From an uncultured Clostridia bacterium (lineage in GTDB: Bacteria > Bacillota > Clostridia > Christensenellales > UBA1242): a DNA stretch of 64,000 nucleotides. Location of the stretch: contig CALWTF010000005.1 in the NCBI GenBank assembly GCA_944384415.1, positions 12,890 through 76,889 on the forward strand. Reading direction: 5' to 3'. The translations under genes were made by a program, and so were the position numbers. This document shows, one piece after another, positions 51,612 through 62,341 of the stretch (position 1 is its first letter; each line of letters begins with the position of its first letter). The notes beneath the pieces are model-generated. The model saw nothing but the letters and a program-made list of their open reading frames with translations, did no database searches and was not told where the DNA came from.

Positions 51612-52325
51612 TTATTCTTTATTTTTAAAAAGGTGATATCTTTCAGGTGATATAATTGCGTTTAAAATATTTTTTTGAAGTTTAGGAATTTGTTTTTCTA
51701 ATTCAAAAATTTTGTTTTTTATAAATTCTCTTTGTGTATTTTTATCAGCCGGACAAGGATTTTTTATAATTGGCAAGTTTTTGCTTTCATTAATTATATC
51801 TTTTTCCCAAACATAAATCATAGGTCTAATTGTGGTTATATCAGTTTTTGATAGGTAGGTGACAGGTGAAAAAGTTGATAATCTGCTTTCATAAAAAAGT
51901 GAAAGAAAAAATGTTTCAATCAAATCATTTGCGTGATGACCAAGAGCTACCTTGTTACAATTTAACTGTTTTGCATAGTTAAGAAGAGCACCTCTTCTTA
52001 TTTTTGCGCATAAACTACACGGATTTGACTCTTTTCTTATTTCAAACAATAATTCATACAAATTAGTTGGTTCAATAAAAAATTTAATTTCTAACTTATC
52101 ACACAACTTTTTTATTTCAGAAAAGTCAGTTTTTCCATCATACATATCAACTGCAATTGCACACAATGTAAATTTTTGAGGTAAATATCTTTGTAAATTT
52201 TTTAAATGTAATAAAAGAGTTAAGCTATCTTTTCCTCCGCTTAACCCAACAGCAATTTTATCACCGTTTTGTATCATATCATAATTATTTATTGCTTTTC
52301 TAATTAAACCTTCAATATTTTTCAT
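51612..52325 (-). CDS. ttcA: PP-loop ATPase, TtcA-like tRNA 2-thiocytidine synthetase family
   Basis: PP-loop VGLSGGKDS, the CSLCAKIRRG cysteine motif and the HHANDLIET motif. Confidence 0.75.
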   Translation of the reverse strand: MKNIEGLIRKAINNYDMIQNGDKIAVGLSGGKDSLTLLLHLKNLQRYLPQKFTLCAIAVDMYDGKTDFSEIKKLCDKLEIKFFIEPTNLYELLFEIRKESNPCSLCAKIRRGALLNYAKQLNCNKVALGHHANDLIETFFLSLFYESRLSTFSPVTYLSKTDITTIRPMIYVWEKDIINESKNLPIIKNPCPADKNTQREFIKNKIFELEKQIPKLQKNILNAIISPERYHLFKNKE

Positions 52326-52400
52326 ATGATATATTTTGACATAATATGAAGTAAAAGTAAAGAAAAAAGAGTTTAAATATAAACTCTAAAACTAAATATT

Positions 52401-53471
52401 TTATCTAGGTGTATGACATTGATTTTTATGGTTGCAACGGTAATTGGCTTGTTGTGATTTGTGATGTTTATGAAATTCTTTTACAATTTTTTCACTATTA
52501 TTTTCTATTTCTCTTTGGTGTTCTAATTCCATTTGAACAATAGATTTAATTATTTCTGTTGAATCAGGAGTAGTATTAGAATTATTATTTATAAATTCTT
52601 TTTCTACTTTTTCTATTAATTTTTCTATTGTTATATCAGTTTCTTGAAACATAGGTTTATTTTGAATTTTAAATAAGTTCATTAAATAAGCAATATTTTG
52701 TGAAATTGTATTATTTACACACTTATCAAGATGTACAGGCACTAACTTTTCTGGCTGTATACCAGGTTCATAGCTTGCATCAGCACGGTGTAGGTGAGGA
52801 TAGGCAATTGTTTTAAATTTATGTTCTTCACGCAAGTTTTTTGTAGGAGTTAAATTTTTCAAATTCATAATATCATCATTGGTTTTTAAAATTGGTTGTT
52901 CAGGTTTTATTATATGTTCATTTTTATTATTATTATCAAGTCTTGCTAAAAACAACCAACCATCAACACGACCACCAACAATTGCGTGCATACTTATACT
53001 ATAATGAACAGGGTCATCAACATATCGTGCTACACTCATTCTATAAATTATTGGTAAGTCTTCATTTATTGCTTGTGGAGAAATCATAAAAAAATAAGAC
53101 TTACTAACAAGTTCTCCATCAAATAAAAAGTTTTGATGGTATCTGTCAAATAAAATTTTAGGAGATGTTACCATTGTTTTTAAATCTTCTTGTGAATAGT
53201 TGAAATGATAACATTGCATTAATGATTTTTCAAGTTTTAGTGGTAAATTTGAAATTTTACAACCATTAGTAATACTCCAGCCGTGTATTGGTATGCATAT
53301 ATCTAGTGTGCTATCTAAGTCACTTTTTGCCAAGTCGTTTTTTGAAATCATTCTAGCACATTTGCCTAAATTTATATTTCTTTCATATGGTTCCTGTAAT
53401 CCTTGAATTTTTTTTGCTTCTGGAAAACTTTCTAAAAGCAAATCTAGGTACTCATTTTTTTTCATATTCAC
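52401..53471 (-). CDS. Hypothetical protein (356 aa) with His/Cys-rich C-terminal tail
   Basis: ORF with RBS (aaggggtttttgtgaatATG on the minus strand). No family recognised. The C-terminus is HKHHKSQQANYRCNHKNQCHTPR. Confidence 0.55.
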   Translation of the reverse strand: MNMKKNEYLDLLLESFPEAKKIQGLQEPYERNINLGKCARMISKNDLAKSDLDSTLDICIPIHGWSITNGCKISNLPLKLEKSLMQCYHFNYSQEDLKTMVTSPKILFDRYHQNFLFDGELVSKSYFFMISPQAINEDLPIIYRMSVARYVDDPVHYSISMHAIVGGRVDGWLFLARLDNNNKNEHIIKPEQPILKTNDDIMNLKNLTPTKNLREEHKFKTIAYPHLHRADASYEPGIQPEKLVPVHLDKCVNNTISQNIAYLMNLFKIQNKPMFQETDITIEKLIEKVEKEFINNNSNTTPDSTEIIKSIVQMELEHQREIENNSEKIVKEFHKHHKSQQANYRCNHKNQCHTPR

Positions 53472-53563
53472 AAAAACCCCTTATTGCTATACAAGGTTAT
53501 TTTATCATTTTTCGACAAAAAAGTCAATATACACCTTAACAAAAAAAGTTTATAAAATTTTGT

Positions 53564-54487
53564 TTAAATATGCTTTTTAAAAAATTCTACAACTCGCAAT
53601 AAGGCTTGTTTTGCTGCTAACATATTTATGTTTAAAAATGCGTGTCTACCATCTTTTCTTTCTTTTGAAAAAAATAAAATATCGGTTTCTACATTATTAT
53701 CTTTTAATATTTTGGCAAAATTTTTGCTATCATTATGTAGTTTATCAACTTCTCCGCTTGTGATAAAACAAGGTGGAAAATCAGAGGTGACAAAGTTAAT
53801 AGGTGACATTAAATAATAAAAGTTTTCTAACTCTTTTGGTGTTGTTTTAACTGAAACAAACATATTATGATAAGTTTGTAATAATTTAAAAGGATGATTG
53901 TAAAAATTTGTAAAATCATAAACTCCATAATAAAGTCCAAGCGCTTTAATATTGCAATTCAAATCAATAATTTTATTGTTTTTCCATCCAGCAAGCAGTG
54001 CTGAAATGTGTGCACCAGCACTATCACCCATAAAAAAAACATTTTCTTTATCAATCGCGTATTGTTGATAGTTTTGTAATGCAAATTTTATTGCCTTAAC
54101 ACAGTCATCAATAACAGTTTCCATTGTGTACTCTGGTATTAGTCGGTAATTAACATTAATAACATTAAAACCTCGTTCGGCAAGTTCTTTGCAATGATAT
54201 GTATATAAACTTTTATCAGCACTAGACCAACCACCACCGTGAAAATAAAATATAGTTGGACAAACTTCCATTTGATTGGTTTTTATACACATTTTAGGGC
54301 AATGCCAATCAAACCTTAACCAATTATCTCGTTTGTATCTAGTGTAGGGAATGTTTAAAACAGATTGTACATTAGGTGATTTTTTATCACTGTCTGCTAA
54401 TTGTGATATTAAAACTGTTCCAAATCTTAATGCTCGAAGTTTTAAACTTTCGGGCAAAGGCCAAGATGGAGATTCTTTTTTGGTCAA
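53564..54487 (-). CDS. Alpha/beta-hydrolase (esterase/lipase, HSL-like)
   Basis: Oxyanion motif FHGGGW and nucleophile elbow GDSAGA. Confidence 0.82.
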   Translation of the reverse strand: MTKKESPSWPLPESLKLRALRFGTVLISQLADSDKKSPNVQSVLNIPYTRYKRDNWLRFDWHCPKMCIKTNQMEVCPTIFYFHGGGWSSADKSLYTYHCKELAERGFNVINVNYRLIPEYTMETVIDDCVKAIKFALQNYQQYAIDKENVFFMGDSAGAHISALLAGWKNNKIIDLNCNIKALGLYYGVYDFTNFYNHPFKLLQTYHNMFVSVKTTPKELENFYYLMSPINFVTSDFPPCFITSGEVDKLHNDSKNFAKILKDNNVETDILFFSKERKDGRHAFLNINMLAAKQALLRVVEFFKKHI

Positions 54488-54573
54488 ATTACACCTCTTT
54501 TTAGAAAAAATATAGTTTTTTTATCGAATTTTATCAAAGAAAATATTTTATACTAAAATTTCATTATTTTATC

Positions 54574-54602
54574 TTGACAACATTTGTAATTTATGTTAAA
54601 AT
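54574..54602 (+). promoter_or_regulatory. Sigma-A-type promoter of rpoBC
   Basis: TTGACA (54574-54579), 17-nt spacer, TAAAAT (54597-54602). Confidence 0.6.
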
Positions 54603-54678
54603 CTAATAACTATTGTTTTCGGTTATATTGCATTTCAGGTGGTTTGGTGTTGTTAAATATTTAAAAAGTTTTAAATTA

Positions 54679-54770
54679 AGCCTTGTTTGTAAGGGAATAT
54701 ATGATTTATATAACTATCGTGGTAGCACGATTTTTCCTTACGCAAGGCTAATTTTGTAGCCTTTTTGTTT
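54679..54770 (+). promoter_or_regulatory. Structured element in the rpoB leader: long hairpin overlapping a terminator-like hairpin
   Basis: P1 pairs 54679-54685 with 54743-54749 and 54689-54697 with 54733-54741. Its apical hairpin is atcgtg-gtag-cacgat (54716-54731). The terminator-like stem is aaggcta (54744-54750) / tagcctt (54757-54763) followed by tttgtttattt. The two structures share nt 54744-54749. Confidence 0.45.
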
Positions 54771-54858
54771 ATTTATTACAAAAACTCATTGAACACAATA
54801 TAACACAAAAAAATAAATAGAGCAACTAAATATAAACAAAATGTAAGGAGAAATTTCA

Positions 54859-57800
54859 ATGTCAACTAGTAACACAAAACCTTTGTTTAAAAAGATAAAA
54901 TGTGGGAACACGGAAAGATTGAGTTTTTCTAAAATTGAAGAACCAATTGAAATGCCTTATTTAATCGGTATTCAAAAAGACACTTACAAAGAATTTTTAG
55001 AGAAGGGTATAGGTGAAACTATTGCAGAATTTTCACCTATTGAAGATTTTAGCGGAAAGGCTGAACTTCATTTTCTTGACTATTATGTTGATTATAAGGC
55101 GGTAAAATATCCAATAGCTGAGTGTCGTCGTCGTGGATTAACCTATTCTGCACCTATTCGTGTTCAAGTTAGGCTTGTAAATAAGGAAACCGGTGAAGCA
55201 ATTGACCAAGATGTATTACTTGGAGATGTTCCTTTAATGACTGAAGAAGGTTCTTTTCTTATTGGTGGTATAGACCGTGTAGTTGTAAGTCAAATTATTA
55301 AAAGCCCTGGTATTTATTATGAAGCAATTGATGATAAAAATACAGGTAAAACAACATATAAAAACACTGTAAGTCCAACAAGAGGAACTTGGTTAGAATT
55401 TGAACAAACACAACTTGACACAATTCGTGTAATAATTGATCGTAGTGTAAAAGTTTCAGTTGGGTTACTTCTTAAAAGTTTTTCTTTAGGAAATGATGAA
55501 GAAATAGCAAAATTGTTTGGAAACAACCCTTATATTGTTGACACATTAGACAAGGAAATCCAAAAAACAGAAGAAGAATGTTTAATAGAATTAAGCAAAA
55601 AATTAAAACCAAGCGAACTTCCTAGTGCTGAAGCTATAAAAGTTTATTTAAACAACTTGTTTTTTACTAAATTAAGATATGACACTGGTCGTGTTGGTAG
55701 ATATAAATTTGACAAGAAATTAAATCTTAGTAATCGTTTAGTTGGTTTAACTTTAGCTAAAAAGTTAACTTTATCTGATGGAACTGTTGTTTCTGCTGGT
55801 ACACAAGTAGATGCAGAAACTGCTTTAAATATTCAAAATAGTGGTATTAATGAAGTTTGGGTTAAACTTGAAGATGGTCGTGAGCATTTTATGCGTGGAA
55901 ATAATCGTGTTGATTTAGAGGCTGTTTTTAAATGTAACGCAAAAGAACTTGGAATAAATGAAAAAGTACACTTACCAACATTAAACGAAGTTTTAAAGAA
56001 TTGTAAAAACAAAGAAGCAAAAGAACAAGCTATTAAAGAAAATGCTAATGAATTACTTGGTAGACATATTATGATAGATGATATCTTAGCTTCTATTAGT
56101 TATTTACTTGATTTAATTGAGGGCATTGGTACAACAGATGTAATTGATCACTTGGCAAATCGAAGAGTTAGTTCTGTTGGTGAATTGATGAGCATAGCTA
56201 TGCATTCTGGAATGGCAAAATTAGCAACTTTAGCGCGTGAAACAATGCAAGGGCAAGACCTTACTCAAGCTAGTCCATCTTCTCTTATTAATGCTAGACC
56301 TATAAACAAAGCTTTTATGGACTTTATGAAAACTAGTCCATTGTCACAAATAATGGACCAAGTTAATCCACTTAGTGAATTAACTCAAAAAAGAAAAACA
56401 AGTGCGGTTGGACCTCGTGGTGTTAGAAAAGACCGTGCAACTGAAGAAGTTCGTGATATTCACTATACTCACTATGGAAGAATTTGTGCTATTGAAACAC
56501 CTGAAGGTCAATCAATTGGTTTGATTAACAGTTTGGCAACTTATTCAAAAATTAATGAATATGGATTTATTGAAGCACCTTATAAAAAAGTAAATAAAGA
56601 AACTGGTGTTGTAACAAACGAAGTTGAATATATGATGGCAGATGTAGAGGAAAAATATAAAATTGCTCAGGCAACTGAACCATTAACTGAAGATGGGAAA
56701 TTTGTAAATAAAACTGTAGTTTGTCGTTATAAAAATCGAATTATTGAAGTGTTAAACACTGAAGTTGATTATGTAGATGTTTCTCCTCGTCAATTTATTT
56801 CTGCTGCTACAGCTATGATACCATTTTTGGAAAATGATGATACTGCTCGTGCTTTGATGGGTTCTAACATGCAACGACAAGCTATGCCTTTACTTAGAAC
56901 AGAAGCTCCTATTGTTGCTACTGGTATGGAAGCAAAAATTGCTCGAGATAGTGGGGCATTAGTTATTGCTAAAGAAGATGGTGTAGTAAAATATGTTGAT
57001 GCTCAGCAAGTTGTAATTCAAGATGATAATGGGCAAACACATAAATATGAGTTGATTAAGTTTAATAAAACCACTGCTGACACTTGTTTAAATCAAAAAC
57101 CTATCGTAAATGAAGGCGATAAAATTAAAAAAGGCGATATTCTTGCCGATGGTTACGCAACAAAAGATGGTGAAGTTGCTCTTGGAAAAAATATGTTAGT
57201 TGCGTTTATGAACTGGGAAGGATATAACTATGAAGATGCTATTTTAATTAATGAGCGTTTGGTTCGTGAAGATGTGTTCACTTCAATTACATTGCAAGTT
57301 GAATACATAAAATGTCGTACAACAAAATTAGGTAATGAAGAAATTACTCGTGACATTCCAAATTTAAGTGAAGAAGCATTGAAAAATCTTGATGAAAATG
57401 GAATTATAAGAGTTGGTTCTGAAGTTCGACCTGGTGATATTTTGGTTGGAAAGGTTACACCAAAAGGAGAACAAGAATTAACACCTGAAGAAAGATTGCT
57501 TCGTGCTATATTTGGTGAAAAGGCAAGAGAAGTGCGTGATACTTCATTGCGTGTTCAACACGGCCGTGGTGGTATTGTTGTAGATGTCCAAGTATTTAGC
57601 AGAGCAAATAAAGATGAACTTGAAGCTGGTGTTAACCAAATGGTTAAAGTTTATGTTGCTCAAAAACGAAAAATTTCTATTGGTGATAAAATGTCTGGTC
57701 GACACGGAAACAAGGGTATTGTTTCAAGAATTTTACCAGCAGAAGATATGCCATTTATGAGCAATGGACAACCAGTTGATATTGTACTTAACCCACTTGG

Positions 57801-58566
57801 TGTTCCATCTCGTATGAATGTTGGTCAATTGCTTGAAGTGCATTTAGGGCGAGTTGCAAAAGCTTTGGGTTGGAAAGTTGCAACACCTGTTTTTGATGGT
57901 GCAACCGAAAAAATTATTCAACAATTATATAAAGAAAATGGTTTGCCAGAAGATGGAAAAATGGAATTGCGTGATGGTAGAACTGGTGAATTGTTTGAAA
58001 ATCGTGTAACTGTGGGATATATGTATATGTTAAAACTTCACCACTTAGTTGATGATAAAATGCATGCTAGAAGTATTGGACCATATGCTTTAGTAACTGC
58101 TCAACCTTTGGGTGGAAAAGCTATGTTTGGTGGTCAACGATTTAGTGAAATGGATGTTTGGGCATTAGAGGCTCACGGTGCAGCTAATGTGTTGCAAGAA
58201 ATGTTAACAATAAAATCAGATGATGTTTCTGGAAGAACAAAAGTTTATGAAAGTATTGTAAAAGGACAACCAATAGCAGAACCTGGTATACCTGAAAGTT
58301 TTAAGGTTTTAATTAAAGAATTGCAATCTTTAGGTTTAGATATGAAAATTTTAACTGAAGATAATGAAGAAGTTTCATTAAGTGAACTTTCAAATGATGA
58401 TGTTGTTCCAAACTTTACAAAAACAGAAAAGAAAGATGTTAGTGAAGTTGATTTAAACTTTGATGATATAGAAAATGAATCACTAGACATTGGCACACAA
58501 GAACAGTTTGACTCAGGCGATGATGATAGTGCGTTTAACACAGGCAATCTGTTTGATGATTTTTAA
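54859..58566 (+). CDS. rpoB: DNA-directed RNA polymerase subunit beta
   Basis: 1,235 aa with canonical RpoB blocks (GEL..., NMQRQA, GDKMSGRHGNKGIVSRI, MHARSIGPY) and an acidic C-terminal tail. Confidence 0.98.
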   Translation: MSTSNTKPLFKKIKCGNTERLSFSKIEEPIEMPYLIGIQKDTYKEFLEKGIGETIAEFSPIEDFSGKAELHFLDYYVDYKAVKYPIAECRRRGLTYSAPIRVQVRLVNKETGEAIDQDVLLGDVPLMTEEGSFLIGGIDRVVVSQIIKSPGIYYEAIDDKNTGKTTYKNTVSPTRGTWLEFEQTQLDTIRVIIDRSVKVSVGLLLKSFSLGNDEEIAKLFGNNPYIVDTLDKEIQKTEEECLIELSKKLKPSELPSAEAIKVYLNNLFFTKLRYDTGRVGRYKFDKKLNLSNRLVGLTLAKKLTLSDGTVVSAGTQVDAETALNIQNSGINEVWVKLEDGREHFMRGNNRVDLEAVFKCNAKELGINEKVHLPTLNEVLKNCKNKEAKEQAIKENANELLGRHIMIDDILASISYLLDLIEGIGTTDVIDHLANRRVSSVGELMSIAMHSGMAKLATLARETMQGQDLTQASPSSLINARPINKAFMDFMKTSPLSQIMDQVNPLSELTQKRKTSAVGPRGVRKDRATEEVRDIHYTHYGRICAIETPEGQSIGLINSLATYSKINEYGFIEAPYKKVNKETGVVTNEVEYMMADVEEKYKIAQATEPLTEDGKFVNKTVVCRYKNRIIEVLNTEVDYVDVSPRQFISAATAMIPFLENDDTARALMGSNMQRQAMPLLRTEAPIVATGMEAKIARDSGALVIAKEDGVVKYVDAQQVVIQDDNGQTHKYELIKFNKTTADTCLNQKPIVNEGDKIKKGDILADGYATKDGEVALGKNMLVAFMNWEGYNYEDAILINERLVREDVFTSITLQVEYIKCRTTKLGNEEITRDIPNLSEEALKNLDENGIIRVGSEVRPGDILVGKVTPKGEQELTPEERLLRAIFGEKAREVRDTSLRVQHGRGGIVVDVQVFSRANKDELEAGVNQMVKVYVAQKRKISIGDKMSGRHGNKGIVSRILPAEDMPFMSNGQPVDIVLNPLGVPSRMNVGQLLEVHLGRVAKALGWKVATPVFDGATEKIIQQLYKENGLPEDGKMELRDGRTGELFENRVTVGYMYMLKLHHLVDDKMHARSIGPYALVTAQPLGGKAMFGGQRFSEMDVWALEAHGAANVLQEMLTIKSDDVSGRTKVYESIVKGQPIAEPGIPESFKVLIKELQSLGLDMKILTEDNEEVSLSELSNDDVVPNFTKTEKKDVSEVDLNFDDIENESLDIGTQEQFDSGDDDSAFNTGNLFDDF

Positions 58567-58589
58567 TAGTTAGGGGAGAGTGTTGAATT

Positions 58590-61500
58590 ATGTTTGAATT
58601 AAAGAATTTTGATTCCATCCGCATTGGTATTGCTTCGCCAGAGAAAATTCGTGAATGGTCACACGGTGAAGTTACAAAACCTGAAACCATAAATTATCGT
58701 ACATTAAAGCCTGAAATGAATGGTTTGTTTTGTGAGAGAATTTTTGGTCCAAGAAAAGATTTTGAGTGTCATTGCGGAAAATATAAAAGAATAAGATACA
58801 AAGGACATCATTGCGAAAAATGTGGTGTTGAAATTACACGAAGCAAAGTTCGTCGTGAAAGAATGGGGCATATCGAACTTGCAACTCCAGTTTCTCATAT
58901 TTGGTTTGTTCGTGGTGTTCCATCAAGAATTGGTAGCATTTTAGATTTAACTGCAAAAAATTTGGAACAAGTATTATACTATGCAAGTTATATTGTTCTT
59001 GATCCAGGCACATCTGCATTTGCAAAAAAACAAATTATCACTGATAAAGAATATCGTGATGCCATTGATGAATTTGGTGCAAATTCATTTCGTGCAGGAA
59101 TGGGTGGAGAAGCAATTCGTGAATTGCTAGAAGAAGTTGATTTAGAAAAAGAATCTAAAGAACTTAAACAAATTATTTTAACAGCAAAAGGTCAAAAGAA
59201 ATTAAAAGCTGTTAAAAAGCTTGAAACTGTTGAAGCATTTTTAAAAAGCGGAAATAATCCTAGATGGATGATTCTAGATGTTTTGCCTGTTATTCCACCT
59301 GAGTTAAGACCAATGATTCAGCTTGATGCAGGTAGGTTTGCTTCAAGTGATTTAAACGATTTGTATCGTAGAGTAATTAATCGTAACAACAGATTGAAAA
59401 AATTAATTGAACTTGCCGCACCTGATGTTATTGTTAGAAACGAAAAGCGTATGTTACAAGAAGCTGTTGATGCTTTAATTGCAAACGGAAAACGCGGTAA
59501 ACCAGTTCAAGGTGCTAAACAACGCGAACTTAAAAGTTTGACCGCTATGATTAGTGGTAAACAAGGTCGTTTCCGTCAGAACTTACTTGGAAAGCGTGTT
59601 GATTATTCTGGTCGTTCAGTTATCGTTGTTGGTCCAGAACTTAAATTATACCAATGTGGTGTTCCAAAAGAAATGGCATTAGAGTTATTTAAACCTTTTG
59701 TTATGCATAAATTAGTTGAACTAAACTTTACACAAAATGTAAAAAGTGCAAAAAGAATGGTTGAACGCGAGCGACCAGAGGTTTGGGATATTTTGGAAGA
59801 TGTTATTAAAGACCACCCAGTAATTTTGGACCGTGCTCCTACATTGCACAAGTTAAGTTTGCTTGCATTTGAACCAGTTTTAGTTGAAGGTAGAGCAATA
59901 AAATTACATCCTTTAGTTTGTTCTGGTTATAACGCAGACTTCGATGGTGATACAATGGCTATACATGTTCCATTATCAATAGAAGCAAGAACAGAAGCAA
60001 GAACATTAATGTTAGCTTCAAATAACTTGTTAAAACCTGGAACTGGTGAACCAAGTGTTAAACCAAGTCAGGATATTATTTTAGGTTCTTATTATTTAAC
60101 TATATTAAAAGAAGATGGAATAGGTGCTGGTTCATGTTTCCGTGACATAGATGAAGCAAAAATGGCTTGGCAAAACAAAACCATTGAATTACAAGCTCCA
60201 ATTTTTGTTCGTCGTGAAGCAATGTGTGGTGAACAACAAGTTATTGGTCGTGTAAAAACTTCTATGGGAAGAATTATATTTAATGAAAATATTCCACAAT
60301 GTTTAGGTTATGTTGACCGAACAAAACCAGAAACTTGTTTACAATTTGAAGTTGATTTTGATGTTACAAAAAGTAAAATAGAAGAAATAATTTCAAAAGC
60401 ATATGCAATTTTAGGAACAACTGAAACTGGTAAAATGCTTGATAAAATAAAAGCAACTGGTTATAAGTATTCAACTTTGGGTGCTGTAACTATGAATGTG
60501 TTTGATATGTCATTACCAGAGGAAAAATATAAAATAATTGATGAACACAAAGATTTAGCTCAAAAGAATGAACAACTTTATGGTTTAGGTTTAATTACTC
60601 GTGATGAAAAAGTAAATAAAAATGTTGAAATTTGGAATGAAGCAACTGCAATGATTAAAAAGTGCGTCGTTTCAAATTTGGGTAAATTTAACCCTATAAA
60701 AATGATTGTTACATCAAAAGCTCGTGGAAATGATGACCAGGTTAATCAGCTTTGTGGTATTCGTGGTATTATTGCAAACTCTTCTGGTCAAAAGGTTGAT
60801 GTTCCGGTTTTAAAATGTTTCCGTGAAGGTTTAGGACCAATAGATTACTTTATGTCTGCTCGTGGTGGTCGTAAAGGTATGGCAGATACTGCATTAAAAA
60901 CAGCAGATGCTGGTTATTTAAGCCGTCGTTTGGTTGATATTGCTCACGGAGTTGTTGTTACTGAAGAAGACTGTTTTGAAAGTTTGGGTGAAAAACCAAA
61001 AGGAATGGTTGTAACTGAAATAAGAAGTGGTAATCAGATTATTGAATCTTTAGAACAACGAATTTCTGGTAGGGTTGCTGTTGAAGATGTTGTTGACCCT
61101 AAAACTGGTGAAATTTTAGCTAAGGGTGGCGAAATGATTTTGCCAGAACAAGCAAAAGCTATTGTTGATGCTGGTATCACAAAAGTTAATATACGAACTG
61201 TTTTAACTTGTAAATGTAAACACGGTGTATGTCGTAAGTGTTATGGAAAAGATATGGTTTCAACAGATTTAGTTGAAGTTGGTGAAGCAGTTGGTGTAAT
61301 TGCAGCACAATCAATTGGTGAACCTGGAACACAGTTAACCATGAGAACTTTCCACACTGGAGGTGTAGCTTCAGTTGCAGATATGACACAAGGTTTACCA
61401 AGAGTTGAAGAAATATTTGAAGCTCGTCGTCCTGCTGATGTAGCTGTTATGAGTGAAGTTGCAGGTAAGGTTACAGTTCGTGATGTTGATAAGCGTAAGG

Positions 61501-62201
61501 AAGTTATTGTAAAAACTAAAGAAGGTGATGTTTCTTATTTATTGCCAGCAAGGTCATTTATAAAAGTTAAAACTGGTGATGAAATAGAAAGTGGAACACC
61601 ACTTACTGAAGGAAGTTTATATCCATCAGATATTTTAAGAACTCGTGGTTTAAAAGATGTTCAAGAATATATGCTTGGTGAATTGTTGGGCGTTTATAAA
61701 TCACAAGGTGTTGATCTTGAATTGAAACATCTTGAAGTTATTATTCGACAGATGTTAAGAAAGGTTAAAATTGAAAGTTCTGGAGATACTGAATTTATTC
61801 CTGGTGATACAGTTGATATATTTGATTATGAAGACACAAACTTAAAAGCTCTTATGGCTGGTAAGCAACCGGCAACAGCTAAAAGAAATTTATTAGGTGT
61901 TACAAAAGCAAGTTTGGCTACAACAAGTTTTTTAAGTGCGGCATCATTCCAGCAATCAAGTCTTGTTCTTACTGAAGCTGCAATTAAAGGCAAGGTTGAC
62001 CATCTTTTAGGATTAAAAGAGAATGTTATTATTGGTAAACTTATTCCTGCAGGAACTGGTTTAAAACAATATAATTCTATAACACCATCTATATATGAAA
62101 AAGTAAATGATGAAGCTAAAGAGCAAATGAAACAAGAATTTCCTGATTTTGAACAAAATGATTTTGAAACTATAGATGATGTATTTGATGCAGAAGCATA
62201 G
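58590..62201 (+). CDS. rpoC: DNA-directed RNA polymerase subunit beta'
   Basis: 1,203 aa with the zinc finger [20 protein letters not shown], catalytic NADFDGD, and the G-loop/trigger-loop blocks. Confidence 0.98.
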   Translation: MFELKNFDSIRIGIASPEKIREWSHGEVTKPETINYRTLKPEMNGLFCERIFGPRKDFECHCGKYKRIRYKGHHCEKCGVEITRSKVRRERMGHIELATPVSHIWFVRGVPSRIGSILDLTAKNLEQVLYYASYIVLDPGTSAFAKKQIITDKEYRDAIDEFGANSFRAGMGGEAIRELLEEVDLEKESKELKQIILTAKGQKKLKAVKKLETVEAFLKSGNNPRWMILDVLPVIPPELRPMIQLDAGRFASSDLNDLYRRVINRNNRLKKLIELAAPDVIVRNEKRMLQEAVDALIANGKRGKPVQGAKQRELKSLTAMISGKQGRFRQNLLGKRVDYSGRSVIVVGPELKLYQCGVPKEMALELFKPFVMHKLVELNFTQNVKSAKRMVERERPEVWDILEDVIKDHPVILDRAPTLHKLSLLAFEPVLVEGRAIKLHPLVCSGYNADFDGDTMAIHVPLSIEARTEARTLMLASNNLLKPGTGEPSVKPSQDIILGSYYLTILKEDGIGAGSCFRDIDEAKMAWQNKTIELQAPIFVRREAMCGEQQVIGRVKTSMGRIIFNENIPQCLGYVDRTKPETCLQFEVDFDVTKSKIEEIISKAYAILGTTETGKMLDKIKATGYKYSTLGAVTMNVFDMSLPEEKYKIIDEHKDLAQKNEQLYGLGLITRDEKVNKNVEIWNEATAMIKKCVVSNLGKFNPIKMIVTSKARGNDDQVNQLCGIRGIIANSSGQKVDVPVLKCFREGLGPIDYFMSARGGRKGMADTALKTADAGYLSRRLVDIAHGVVVTEEDCFESLGEKPKGMVVTEIRSGNQIIESLEQRISGRVAVEDVVDPKTGEILAKGGEMILPEQAKAIVDAGITKVNIRTVLTCKCKHGVCRKCYGKDMVSTDLVEVGEAVGVIAAQSIGEPGTQLTMRTFHTGGVASVADMTQGLPRVEEIFEARRPADVAVMSEVAGKVTVRDVDKRKEVIVKTKEGDVSYLLPARSFIKVKTGDEIESGTPLTEGSLYPSDILRTRGLKDVQEYMLGELLGVYKSQGVDLELKHLEVIIRQMLRKVKIESSGDTEFIPGDTVDIFDYEDTNLKALMAGKQPATAKRNLLGVTKASLATTSFLSAASFQQSSLVLTEAAIKGKVDHLLGLKENVIIGKLIPAGTGLKQYNSITPSIYEKVNDEAKEQMKQEFPDFEQNDFETIDDVFDAEA

Positions 62202-62248
62202 TTTTAATTAGTGTTGAAATATAATTATATATTAATTTGCTTATAAGT

Positions 62249-62284
62249 AAAAAAGAGCCATAAAATTATGGCTCTTTTTTTTAT
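62249..62284 (+). terminator. Rho-independent terminator of rpoBC
   Basis: Perfect 14-bp stem aaaaaagagccata / tatggctctttttt with loop aaat. Confidence 0.88.
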
Positions 62285-62341
62285 TGTTTTAATGTTTTAC
62301 AAAAATATTTTTATTATAAAATTGTTATAATTATAGCGTTT

